Shown: positions 23,084-32,156 of the stretch, in pieces
How the letters are laid out: the number at the start of each line of letters is the position of its first letter
How positions within the stretch are numbered: position 1 is the stretch's first letter
Assembly: GCA_937930175.1 (NCBI GenBank)
Contig: CALGLP010000004.1
Coordinates: 2,163 to 66,162, forward strand
Direction of reading: 5' to 3'
Origin: an uncultured bacterium
GTDB lineage: Bacteria; Omnitrophota; Gorgyraeia; Zapsychrales; Aceulaceae
DNA length: 64,000 nt
Notes under the pieces: generated by a model
The model's input: the letters and a program-made list of their open reading frames with translations, nothing else
Databases searched by the model: none
Told to the model about the DNA's origin: nothing
Translations under genes and position numbers: made by a program

Positions 23084-25204
23084 ATGAAAATATCTTTAAA
23101 TTGGCTCAAAGAGTATATTAATTCTAAGCTTTCTGCAAAGGAGCTTGCGCATCGGCTGACACTTTCTGGACTGGAAGTCGAGAAAGAGGAGATTGTCTCC
23201 GTTGATTCGATTTATCTTGGTTTGAGCTCAGGGGAAATCGAGACGTCCCCGCGTTCTATAGGGTCAAAACCAAGGAAGCTAGGGGACGATACGGTTTTTG
23301 AACTAGAGATCACGCCTAACAGGCCGGATTGCTTGAGCTTGATCGGTATTGCGCGAGAGCTTTCCGCGATCCTTAACGTGCCGCTTAAGACGCCCAAAGT
23401 CGGCAAGATCAAGATTCCTTCCAAAAAGTGTTCGATTGTTATCGAGGATAAAAAAGATTGCGCAAGGTATATTGGTGCGATTTTGACAGATGTCAAAATC
23501 GCACCATCTTCGGTGCGCATACAAGCCTTCTTAAGCGCGATCGGGCTTCGTCCGGTTAACAATATTGTGGATATAACGAACTTTTGCTTGATGGAAACCG
23601 GACAGCCCATGCACGCCTTTGATTACGACAAGCTTTCCGGAGGAAAGATTGTTGTGCGCCGCGCCAAGCCTGGCGAGAAATTGATTGCCATCAACGACGT
23701 GGAATACACCCTTGATCCTTCTATTCTTGTGATTGCCGATGCCGAGCGCGCGGTCGCAATCGCAGGCATTATGGGTGGCAAGGCTACGGAAGTCACAGCG
23801 AAAACAAAAAATATTTTGCTTGAAAGTGCGTCTTTTGATCCGCTTTTGATCCGTCGAGCATCCCGCAAGCTTGGCCTTCGCAGTGATGCATCGTATCGTT
23901 TCGAACGCGGCGTGGATATGGACATGGTTTACAAAGGATGCCTTCGAGCCGTGAGCTTGATGCTTGAAATTGCCTCAGGAACCTTTACTTCTTTGGCTGA
24001 TGTGGCTCAAGGAAAATCTAAAAAGCAAAAGCCTGTTTCGATTGTTTTTGATATTAAAAAAGCAACGAAACTTTTGGGCACCGCAATTTCTTCTTCTCAG
24101 GCCAAGAATATTTTAACAAAGCTTGAGTGTAAGGTTAGCTCAGCAGCCAAGGGAGGACTCAAGGTTTCTCCGCCGTCATTTCGTGCGGATATTAAAACGG
24201 ACGTGGATGTCATTGAGGAGATTGGCCGTATTATTGGTTTTGATCGCTTGTCCTCTCGCCTTTGCGCCATTAATCCTTTGAACATCGCAACAGACAAAAA
24301 GCGTATGTTCAAAGAAAAGCTTGCCACGCTTCTTGTTTCCCAGGGTTGCAGCGAGATTGTTTCTTATACAACGCTAAGCACCGCAGACCTTGTCAAGGCC
24401 AAGGTGTCCCTGCAAGGTCTTGTGTACAATCAGAATTTTCTTAATGAAGACCAAGAAGTGATGCGGCCTTCGTGCTTGCCGAGCATGCTCAATGTCCTAG
24501 GACATAATGTGAAGAACGGGCAGAAGAATTTAAGGTTTTTTGAAATAGGTAAGATTTATTTGCCGTCGGGTGAGAAGGATGTCTTTGTGATTGGGCTTAC
24601 GGGAGTACCGGCTCATGACTGGCGTTCGCCACAGACAAGAAAGAATGATTTTTATGATATCAAGGGTATTGTTGCGAACGCGTTTGAATTTTTTAAGGCG
24701 CAAGGCCTTGTTTTTCGGTCAGGGCAACATGTGTCTTTGGATCCCCAGGAAACCATGGACATTATTTTTGCAGGGCAAGCCGTGGGTTTTCTCGGCAAGA
24801 TTAAAAAAAATATTCTCAGCGCTTGGGATATTAAACATCAGGATGTTTTTTTTGCGCAAATCTTCATTGACGGTTTATGTCAGCATGATGCCAAGCGGAT
24901 TGCCGCTTATGTGCCTTTAAATGCTTATCCAAGCATTGTGCGCGATGTTAGCCTTGCACTCAAGAAAGAGATCAGCTATCAAAGCATTAAAGAGGCTATT
25001 GTTCATCTCCGCGAGCCGCTTTTGAAAAGCATTGATTTTGTTGAGCAGTATCTCGGCGACAAGATTTCTCCTGGACAAAGGGGCATGACCATTTCTTTGG
25101 TTTATCAATCATCGAGCAAGACGCTCACTGAGCAAGAAGTTGAAGAGGCACACCAGCGCATTTGTAGCCACATTGTGAGCGCGTTTCAGGCTGTTAAAAG
25201 ATAG
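23084..25204 (+). CDS. pheT: Phenylalanyl-tRNA synthetase beta subunit (short, 706 aa)
   Basis: B3/4, B5 and FDX-ACB domain order. Confidence 0.9.
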   Translation: MKISLNWLKEYINSKLSAKELAHRLTLSGLEVEKEEIVSVDSIYLGLSSGEIETSPRSIGSKPRKLGDDTVFELEITPNRPDCLSLIGIARELSAILNVPLKTPKVGKIKIPSKKCSIVIEDKKDCARYIGAILTDVKIAPSSVRIQAFLSAIGLRPVNNIVDITNFCLMETGQPMHAFDYDKLSGGKIVVRRAKPGEKLIAINDVEYTLDPSILVIADAERAVAIAGIMGGKATEVTAKTKNILLESASFDPLLIRRASRKLGLRSDASYRFERGVDMDMVYKGCLRAVSLMLEIASGTFTSLADVAQGKSKKQKPVSIVFDIKKATKLLGTAISSSQAKNILTKLECKVSSAAKGGLKVSPPSFRADIKTDVDVIEEIGRIIGFDRLSSRLCAINPLNIATDKKRMFKEKLATLLVSQGCSEIVSYTTLSTADLVKAKVSLQGLVYNQNFLNEDQEVMRPSCLPSMLNVLGHNVKNGQKNLRFFEIGKIYLPSGEKDVFVIGLTGVPAHDWRSPQTRKNDFYDIKGIVANAFEFFKAQGLVFRSGQHVSLDPQETMDIIFAGQAVGFLGKIKKNILSAWDIKHQDVFFAQIFIDGLCQHDAKRIAAYVPLNAYPSIVRDVSLALKKEISYQSIKEAIVHLREPLLKSIDFVEQYLGDKISPGQRGMTISLVYQSSSKTLTEQEVEEAHQRICSHIVSAFQAVKR

Positions 25205-25394
25205 GATCTTAACGATCGAGCGCTTCTTGATCTTTCCCTGCAGTGTTCGTCGGAAGCCAAATATACTGAACCAATACAGTATATAAGGGAGCATTCGTTC
25301 TGTTAAATGTCTGCGGACATTTCAGAGAAGCACCCACTTGTAACGAACGGTTCATGTTACTAAGCTTCTGACGGCACAGGCGGGGTTCATTATT

Positions 25395-26753
25395 ATGCGG
25401 AAAAAATTTTCACCAGAAAATGATGATTTGTTGTTTGCTGAGCCTCTGAAGCCTGAGGAAGATTTAGCGATGATGGATCGCGATGCGCCTCTAAGCTTTC
25501 GCATGCGACCTGTGGCCCTTGAGGATTTTGTTGGGCAAAAACATATCTTGGGTGACGGCAAACTTTTGACTCGCGCCATCGAGGCGGATCGCTTAAGTTC
25601 TGTTATTTTTTACGGGCCCCCGGGCGCTGGCAAAACAACGCTCGCCCAGTGTATTAGTCGCAAGACTAAAAGTTATTTTGAAAGTGTTAACGCGGTTTGT
25701 TCTAACGTTGAAGAGCTGCGCAAGGTTTTGGCCGCGAGCCGCCAGCGCAAAAAGATCTCCGGACAGAAAACCATTCTTTTTATCGATGAAATTCATCGTT
25801 TCAATAAAGCTCAGCAAGATGTTTTGATGCCAGATTTAGAGCAGGGACACATTGTCCTTGTTGGCGCTACAGTGTTAAATCCTTTTTTTACGTTGATTGG
25901 GCCCCTGCTTTCGCGCTCCATGATTTTTGAACTCAAAAGCCATTCTCCAGAAGATATTTTAGTTATTCTTACAAGGGCGCTCAAAGATCCTGACAAGGGT
26001 TTGGGGCGATATAATGTCGAAATTGAAAAAGCGGCCCTTACCTTTTTATCGCAAACCTGCGATGGGGACGCCAGGCGAGCGCTCAATGCCTTGGAAATTG
26101 GTGTCCTGACAACCAAAGAAAATGAACGCGGTATTGTTTCGCTAACGCTTGCGATTGCGCAAGAATCCATTCAGAAGAAACAGCTTCTTTATGATCGCGA
26201 TGGCGACGCGCATTATGATACCGCGTCCGCCTTGATCAAGTCCATGCGTGGCTCTGATCCGGATGCCACGCTGTATTGGCTGGCTAAGATGATTTATGCT
26301 GGTGAAGACCCTCGTTTTATTGCTCGGCGTATTTGTATTTGTGCTTCTGAAGATGTAGGCAATGCGGATCCCCAGGCCTTAATTTTAGCCAATGCTGCTT
26401 TGCAGGCGTCAGAATTTATTGGTTTTCCTGAAGCGCGTATTCCGCTTGCGCAGGCTGCGGTCTATGTTGCGTGCGCGCCAAAATCCAACGCTGCGTATTT
26501 AGGAATTGAAAAAGCACTTAAAGAGGTTTCAGAGAAAAAACTTGAAGACGTTCCTGTGCACTTAAAAGATGCTTCGTATCCTAAGGCCTCTACGCTAGGC
26601 CACGGCGAAGGATACAAATACGCGCATGATTTTCCTCATCATTATGTTGTTCAGGAATATATGCCTTTAAAGAAAAAGTTTTATGAGCCTACCGATCAGG
26701 GCTTTGAAGAGCAGATCCAAAAACATTTAAAAAAGCTTCAAGACCTCTCCTAG
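25395..26753 (+). CDS. rarA: Replication-associated recombination protein A (AAA+ ATPase)
   Basis: Walker A GPPGAGKTT; MgsA family C-terminus. Confidence 0.85.
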   Translation: MRKKFSPENDDLLFAEPLKPEEDLAMMDRDAPLSFRMRPVALEDFVGQKHILGDGKLLTRAIEADRLSSVIFYGPPGAGKTTLAQCISRKTKSYFESVNAVCSNVEELRKVLAASRQRKKISGQKTILFIDEIHRFNKAQQDVLMPDLEQGHIVLVGATVLNPFFTLIGPLLSRSMIFELKSHSPEDILVILTRALKDPDKGLGRYNVEIEKAALTFLSQTCDGDARRALNALEIGVLTTKENERGIVSLTLAIAQESIQKKQLLYDRDGDAHYDTASALIKSMRGSDPDATLYWLAKMIYAGEDPRFIARRICICASEDVGNADPQALILANAALQASEFIGFPEARIPLAQAAVYVACAPKSNAAYLGIEKALKEVSEKKLEDVPVHLKDASYPKASTLGHGEGYKYAHDFPHHYVVQEYMPLKKKFYEPTDQGFEEQIQKHLKKLQDLS

Positions 26754-26883
26754 CTTCCTTTTGATTGTTGTCCATCCTGCGTTTTTAGCGTTTTGTGAGG
26801 TCGATAATGCGCAATCGCCAATTTTTGTAAGTTCTGACATCCACGAACTTTAAAGTTGTGTGGAAATAAGAAAAATGATAGAA

Positions 26884-27033
26884 TGAGCCCCGTTAGAAAA
26901 TAGTATTGCTCGTGTAAGGAATAATGGTGGAATTTTCGTTTACGGCAGCGCTAGAAGCTATGCATGAGGCATTATCAATAACAACGGGGATTTTTTGAAT
27001 CGCGCTCGTTGGTTTTCTAACGGGGTGAGCTCG
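26884..27033 (+). ncRNA. ssrS: Candidate 6S RNA (ssrS) directly upstream of the 5-formyltetrahydrofolate cyclo-ligase gene
   Basis: About 150-nt element closed by a 13-bp stem (CCCCGTTAGAAAA 26888-26900 pairs with TTTTCTAACGGGG 27013-27025); conserved ssrS-ygfA linkage. Confidence 0.4.
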
Positions 27034-27041
27034 AGTAAGAA

Positions 27042-27620
27042 TTGTGGCGGGGATTTATGGATCGCATGCAAAAACAAACTTTACGTCAAAAACTTTTAGG
27101 ACTACTTAAGAATCAGAAGGAGGAAATCCGACGACAGAAAAGTAGGCTTATTCAGAAGCGGTTGTTTACAACGCCGGCTTTCCAGGCGGCAAAAACCGTG
27201 ATGCTTTATTGTTCGTTTGATGGTGAAGTGGAAACTGGGGAAATGATCAAGCAGGCTAAAAAGATGGGCAAGAACGTTGCTGTTCCAGTAACTGTGCGTA
27301 CTGAAAAGAAAATCATACCTTCTCTTGTGAACAACATTGAAGAAGAATTAACCGATGGACCGTATGGGATTAAACAACCAAAACAAGAACGTCAGCATTT
27401 TGTGGACAACGACCGTTTAGACTTGGTCGTTGTGCCTGGCGTGGCTTTTGACCGTTGCAATAATCGCCTCGGTCGCGGTGAAGGTTATTATGATCGTTTC
27501 TTAAAACTCTTGCCTTCCACAACGCCCACCATCGGGTTGGCGTTTGATTTTCAGCTTGTTGATGCTCTTCCTGAGCTTGAAGCTCACGATATTCCCGTTT
27601 CTCTCGTCTTAACAGCATAA
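27042..27620 (+). CDS. ygfA: 5-formyltetrahydrofolate cyclo-ligase
   Basis: 192 aa; GVAFDRCNNRLGRGEGYYDRFL family motif. Confidence 0.75.
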   Translation: MWRGFMDRMQKQTLRQKLLGLLKNQKEEIRRQKSRLIQKRLFTTPAFQAAKTVMLYCSFDGEVETGEMIKQAKKMGKNVAVPVTVRTEKKIIPSLVNNIEEELTDGPYGIKQPKQERQHFVDNDRLDLVVVPGVAFDRCNNRLGRGEGYYDRFLKLLPSTTPTIGLAFDFQLVDALPELEAHDIPVSLVLTA

Positions 27621-27681
27621 TCAAGAAGTACGTGTTAAACACAGGCTCAATTGTTTTATCAAACAAGAGGGAGATGTTCTC

Positions 27682-29250
27682 ATGACGCAGGCTACACCAT
27701 TTTTGCATAACGCAGGGATTTTAGCCCTAGCGGTTTTTTTACCTTTATCGGGATATCTTGTAAGCCGTTTTTTTAGTGATAAGCGGTTGCAAAAAACGAG
27801 GCTCAAATCTAAAGAACTTTTGGATAAAGCCCAACATGAAGTGGAAAATAAGATCAAAGAAGCCGAGATCAAAAGCCGTGATCTCTTGATTCAGGTACGC
27901 GAAAATTTTGAGCGCGAAACCAAGGAGCGCCGCGAGGAAATCACGATCGCGGAAAAACGTATTTTACTTAAAGAAGAAAATGTCGAAAAGCGCTTAGAGC
28001 TTTTGGAGAAAAAAGAAAAAGATGTGGAAGCGCGTATTGCAAAAGTTCATCAAGAGGAAACGGGTCTTGAGGAGAAGCATAAGCAGCTTAATCATCTTGT
28101 GGAAGAAGAAAAGCAGCGTTTACAGAAGATTTCATCCATGACCGTGGAGGATGCGCGTCATCTTTTGCTTTCTCGCGTGGATGAAGACTTACTTGGAGAA
28201 AAAGCCTCGCGTCTTCGTGCGATGGAGGAAGAGATTAAAGAATCTGCAGATAAAAAGGCCAGGGAAATTCTTTCCGCTGCTATTCATCGCTGTGCCAGTG
28301 AGCATGCTGGAGAGACGACGGTAAGCGTTGTCCATCTTCCATCCGATGAAATGAAGGGACGTATTATTGGCCGTGAAGGCCGCAATATCCGCGCTTTTGA
28401 AACAGCTGCCGGGGTTGATGTCATTATTGATGATACCCCAGAAGCCGCAACGATTTCTTGTTTTGATATGATGCGACGAGAAATTGCCAAGATTGCTCTT
28501 GAGCGTTTGATTCAGGATGGGCGTATTCATCCAGGGCGTATTGAAGAAATTGTAGAAAAGGTTAAAAAAGAGATTGAAGTGAAGGTGAAAGAAGAAGGTG
28601 AGCAGGCAGCTTTTGATTTGGGCATTCATGGCATGCACCCAGAGCTTGTGAAGCTCGTTGGAAAATTAAAGTATCGTACAAGTTTTGGCCAGAATGCGCT
28701 CAATCATTCTAAAGAAGTTGCGTCTCTGATGGGGATTATGGCTTCACAGCTGAATGTTGATTTTAAGCTGGCGAGGCGTGCAGGGTTGTTGCATGATATC
28801 GGTAAGGTAGCTGGGCAGGATGTGGAAGGCCCACACGCCTTGGTCGGCGCAGAGTTGATTCGTAAGTATGGTGAACTGCCGGAGGTTGTCAAAGCAGTTC
28901 AGTGCCATCACGAAGAAGTCGAGATGTCTCTTTTGGGTGTTTTGGTTGCCGCGGCAGATGCTGTGAGTGCCGCACGTCCAGGGGCTCGCGCAGAAACTAT
29001 GGAAACCTATGTCAAACGTGTTGAATCGCTTGAAAAAATTGCCAATTCGTTTAAGGGCGTTGAGAAAGCGTTTGCTCTTCAAGCTGGACGCGAAGTGCGG
29101 GTGATGGTTAAGCCAAGCAAGATCACCGATGACGAAGCGCTGGTTATGTCGCGGGATCTAAAGAAAAAGATTGAGGCTGACATGGAATATCCTGGGCAAA
29201 TCAGGATTATTGTTATTCGGGAAACGCGCGCGATCGAGTTCGCGAAATAG
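27682..29250 (+). CDS. rny: Ribonuclease Y
   Basis: 522 aa; N-terminal TM, coiled coil, KH domain, HD domain (LLHDIGK). Confidence 0.9.
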   Translation: MTQATPFLHNAGILALAVFLPLSGYLVSRFFSDKRLQKTRLKSKELLDKAQHEVENKIKEAEIKSRDLLIQVRENFERETKERREEITIAEKRILLKEENVEKRLELLEKKEKDVEARIAKVHQEETGLEEKHKQLNHLVEEEKQRLQKISSMTVEDARHLLLSRVDEDLLGEKASRLRAMEEEIKESADKKAREILSAAIHRCASEHAGETTVSVVHLPSDEMKGRIIGREGRNIRAFETAAGVDVIIDDTPEAATISCFDMMRREIAKIALERLIQDGRIHPGRIEEIVEKVKKEIEVKVKEEGEQAAFDLGIHGMHPELVKLVGKLKYRTSFGQNALNHSKEVASLMGIMASQLNVDFKLARRAGLLHDIGKVAGQDVEGPHALVGAELIRKYGELPEVVKAVQCHHEEVEMSLLGVLVAAADAVSAARPGARAETMETYVKRVESLEKIANSFKGVEKAFALQAGREVRVMVKPSKITDDEALVMSRDLKKKIEADMEYPGQIRIIVIRETRAIEFAK

Positions 29251-29251
29251 T

Positions 29252-30034
29252 ATGAATATCCTTTGTATTGGAGACATTGTAGGAAGGCCTGGCCGCGACG
29301 CGGTGGCTGGCTTGTTGCCTAAACTCATCGCAGAGCATGATCTTGAGTTTGTTATTGCCAATGCGGAAAATGCCGCAGGTGGAGCAGGGATCATCCCCAA
29401 GATTGCCGATGAGCTTTTTTCTTATGGGTGCGATGTTTTAACTGCCGGTGATCATATTTGGGACAAAAAAGATATCTTGGATTATCTTGATCAGACCCCG
29501 CGATTGTTACGTCCTGCTAATTTTCCTGTGGACACACCAGGACATGGTTTTTTTGTGACGGAAACGAAGAAAGGCAAGAAAATCGGCGTGATAAATCTTT
29601 TAGGTCGTGTTTTTATACGCTATAATGTCCTTTGTCCGTTTGAGACGATGACCAAGGTTTTAAAAGAAATTTATCGCCAAACACGGATCGTGATCGTTGA
29701 TTTTCACGCAGAGGCCACGAGTGAAAAGATCGCCTTAGGGCATTTTGCGGATGGCAAGGTATCTGCTGTTTTCGGTACCCATACGCATGTCCAGACAGCG
29801 GATGAGAAGATCTTGCCTCTGGGGACGGGGTATTTGACCGATGTTGGCATGACAGGGCCTTTTGATTCTGTTATTGGGCAGAAAAAAGAGAATATTATTG
29901 AACGATTTTTGACGACGATCCCTTCGAAGTTTGAAGTGGCCACTGAGGATGTAGGCTTAAATGGTGTGGTCTTTACCATTGATGAAAAGACCGGACTGAC
30001 AACAAAGATTATAAGAATTCAAAGGAGGGTTTGA
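29252..30034 (+). CDS. ymdB: YmdB-like metallophosphoesterase (2',3'-cyclic nucleotide phosphodiesterase family)
   Basis: MNILCIGDIVGRPGR; conserved rny-ymdB pairing; real start ATG 29252 inside the listed ORF. Confidence 0.75.
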   Translation: MNILCIGDIVGRPGRDAVAGLLPKLIAEHDLEFVIANAENAAGGAGIIPKIADELFSYGCDVLTAGDHIWDKKDILDYLDQTPRLLRPANFPVDTPGHGFFVTETKKGKKIGVINLLGRVFIRYNVLCPFETMTKVLKEIYRQTRIVIVDFHAEATSEKIALGHFADGKVSAVFGTHTHVQTADEKILPLGTGYLTDVGMTGPFDSVIGQKKENIIERFLTTIPSKFEVATEDVGLNGVVFTIDEKTGLTTKIIRIQRRV

Positions 30035-30429
30035 TGAATCATTGGAACGGCTTGGAACGACGACAATTTCCCCGCGTTAACTATCCTTGTTTGATAACGA
30101 TCCGTTATGAGGCAAGCGGGTTGGATGCCTTTTTGACACATACGGAAAATATTGGAACAGGTGGAGTTTGTCTTCTTTTTAAGAAAGACATCAAGCTTTT
30201 TTCAGATGTCGAGCTAGAAATCGATTTATTGGACATGGAAAAAAATATACGATGCCGCGGCAAGGTCGTTTGGTCGGTGAAAGTGCAACCGGATAAACCC
30301 GCAAAGACACCTGTCTTTGATACGGGAGTTGAGTTTGTTGCTATTCTTCCTAAAGATCAAAAGCGTATTGCGGATGTTGTGAATCAGTTGATCAAAGAAG
30401 GTTTTGAGAAAACGCCTTACCGTGTTTAA
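30031..30429 (+). CDS. PilZ-domain protein (putative c-di-GMP receptor)
   Basis: RRQFPR (RxxxR) and NIGTGG motifs; start overlaps the ymdB stop. Confidence 0.55.
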   Translation: MMNHWNGLERRQFPRVNYPCLITIRYEASGLDAFLTHTENIGTGGVCLLFKKDIKLFSDVELEIDLLDMEKNIRCRGKVVWSVKVQPDKPAKTPVFDTGVEFVAILPKDQKRIADVVNQLIKEGFEKTPYRV

Positions 30430-30489
30430 GGTTTTTAAACATCGTGACCCATCAGCGCCTTCGAGTTTCTTATCGCAAAAGGAAAAAAG

Positions 30490-31764
30490 ATGAAAGTTAG
30501 ATTTGCTCCTAGTCCTACAGGATATCTCCACATCGGCGGCGCGCGGACGGCACTCTTTAATTGGATGTATGCCAAAAGCCAGGAGGGGAGTTTTCTTTTG
30601 CGCATTGAAGATACGGATCTTGAGCGTTCAAAGAAAGAATTTCTCGATGAGATTCTAGAAAGCATGAAATGGCTTGGGCTTGATTGGGATGAGTTATTTT
30701 TGCAAAGCGAGCGTTTTGATGTGTACCGTCAGCATGCCACGAAGCTTTTAGACGAAGGCAAGGCTTACAAAGACGGAGAGGCTGTTATTCTTAAAATCCC
30801 GCCGCAGCAGATTAAGCTTTATGATCTTATCCGCGGAGAAATTGTTTTTGATTCCGAGACGATCAAGGATCAGGTCTTGATAAAATCCGATGGATCGCCA
30901 ACCTATAGTTTTGCCTGTGTGGTGGATGATGCCTTAATGGAGATCACCCATGTTGTACGCGGGGAAGACCATATTTCTAATACCCCTAAGCAGATGATTA
31001 TTTATGAAGCCTTGGGTTTTAAGATACCCAAGTTTGCGCACTTACCGTTGATTATGGGTGAAGATGGCGGACGCCTCTCCAAGCGTACCGGCGCTGTGGC
31101 CGTGAGCGATTATCGCAAGATGGGTTTTGTACCCGAAGGTATTGTGAATTATTTGATGCTCTTGGGTTGGTCGCCTGGGCCCAATCAAGAAATTGTCAAT
31201 CTTGAAAAGGCGTGTCAAAATTTTTCTATAAAAAAAATTAACAAAACAGCAGCGATCTTTTCTATGGATAAGCTGCGATGGGTTAATGCCCAGCATATCA
31301 AGGCCATGGCCCTTGATCGATTGACGGATCTTTTGATTCCCTTGCTTAAAGAAAAAAAATATGTAACAGACACCTTTGATCGTAAAAGACTTGAAAGCAT
31401 TGTGAGTTTGTTTAAGGGGCGGTTATCGACGCTGGAGGATTTTCTTGACTGGGCAGATTTTGTTTTTGTTGATACGCTTAGCGTGCGCGAGGAAGATAAG
31501 CAAAAATATCTTACGCAAGATAGAAAAAAAGAATTTATGATGTTGGCACAAAAGTTAGAAGCGTTAAAGGAGTTTACGCCACAGGCAACAGAATCTTCTT
31601 TTCGGGACGTGGTTTCAGAGCTTGGCATAGCGTCATCTGATTTGGTACACCCGGTGCGTGTTGCCTTAACGGGAAAATCAGTCGGGCCAGGTCTTTTTGA
31701 GACGATGAGTCTTTTGGGAAAAGAAAAGACCGTGGAGCGACTTGAAAAAGCTTTCATTTTGTAA
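30490..31764 (+). CDS. gltX: Glutamyl-tRNA synthetase (short, 424 aa)
   Basis: HIGG motif (PTGYLHIGGARTA), KMSKS-like LSKRTG. Confidence 0.85.
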   Translation: MKVRFAPSPTGYLHIGGARTALFNWMYAKSQEGSFLLRIEDTDLERSKKEFLDEILESMKWLGLDWDELFLQSERFDVYRQHATKLLDEGKAYKDGEAVILKIPPQQIKLYDLIRGEIVFDSETIKDQVLIKSDGSPTYSFACVVDDALMEITHVVRGEDHISNTPKQMIIYEALGFKIPKFAHLPLIMGEDGGRLSKRTGAVAVSDYRKMGFVPEGIVNYLMLLGWSPGPNQEIVNLEKACQNFSIKKINKTAAIFSMDKLRWVNAQHIKAMALDRLTDLLIPLLKEKKYVTDTFDRKRLESIVSLFKGRLSTLEDFLDWADFVFVDTLSVREEDKQKYLTQDRKKEFMMLAQKLEALKEFTPQATESSFRDVVSELGIASSDLVHPVRVALTGKSVGPGLFETMSLLGKEKTVERLEKAFIL

Positions 31765-31791
31765 CGAGTAAAGAGGGGAAGGAGACTAAAG

Positions 31792-31965
31792 ATGTTGAAA
31801 AGATTGTCCGCTGTGATCCTCATTGTTCTGTTTTTTAGTGTTGTGGGATGCGAGACTTTTAAGGGGGCGGGACAAGGCTTTGCCAAGGATACGAGCAAAG
31901 GAGTACCTGCGCTATGGAAAGCTGTGAAAGATGCCGATACTTGGGTTAAAGAAAATCTTTGGTAG
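31792..31965 (+). CDS. Small lipoprotein, entericidin-like
   Basis: 57 aa MLKRLSAVILIVLFFSVVGCETFKGAGQGFAKDTSKG...; lipobox VVGC; RBS AGGGGAAGGAG; below ORF-track cutoff. Confidence 0.4.
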   Translation: MLKRLSAVILIVLFFSVVGCETFKGAGQGFAKDTSKGVPALWKAVKDADTWVKENLW

Positions 31966-32082
31966 GCTAGCGGGTGTGTTGTTGGATGGCATTTTTGATA
32001 GAAAAGTAAAATAAAAGAGCTGTTCTGATCTCAGGGTTGTTTGAGGCAGAAATTTTTTTTGAAAAAAAAGATAAATGTAATT

Positions 32083-32156
32083 TGCCCTGTCGTCTAATGG
32101 TAGGACTCAAGATTCTGGATCTTGCTATCATGGTTCGAGTCCATGCGGGGCAGCCA
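32083..32156 (+). tRNA. tRNA-Gln (CTG)
   Basis: Acceptor TGCCCTG/CGGGGCA, anticodon loop TTCTGGA, T-arm CATGGTTCGAGTCCATG, encoded CCA. Confidence 0.8.

Noticed and set aside
28189-29082. Minus-strand ORFs inside rny (149 aa, 112 aa)
   Set aside because: Antisense to RNase Y.
31215-31898. 227-aa minus-strand ORF
   Set aside because: Antisense to gltX. The plus-strand small lipoprotein gene explains the 3' part.
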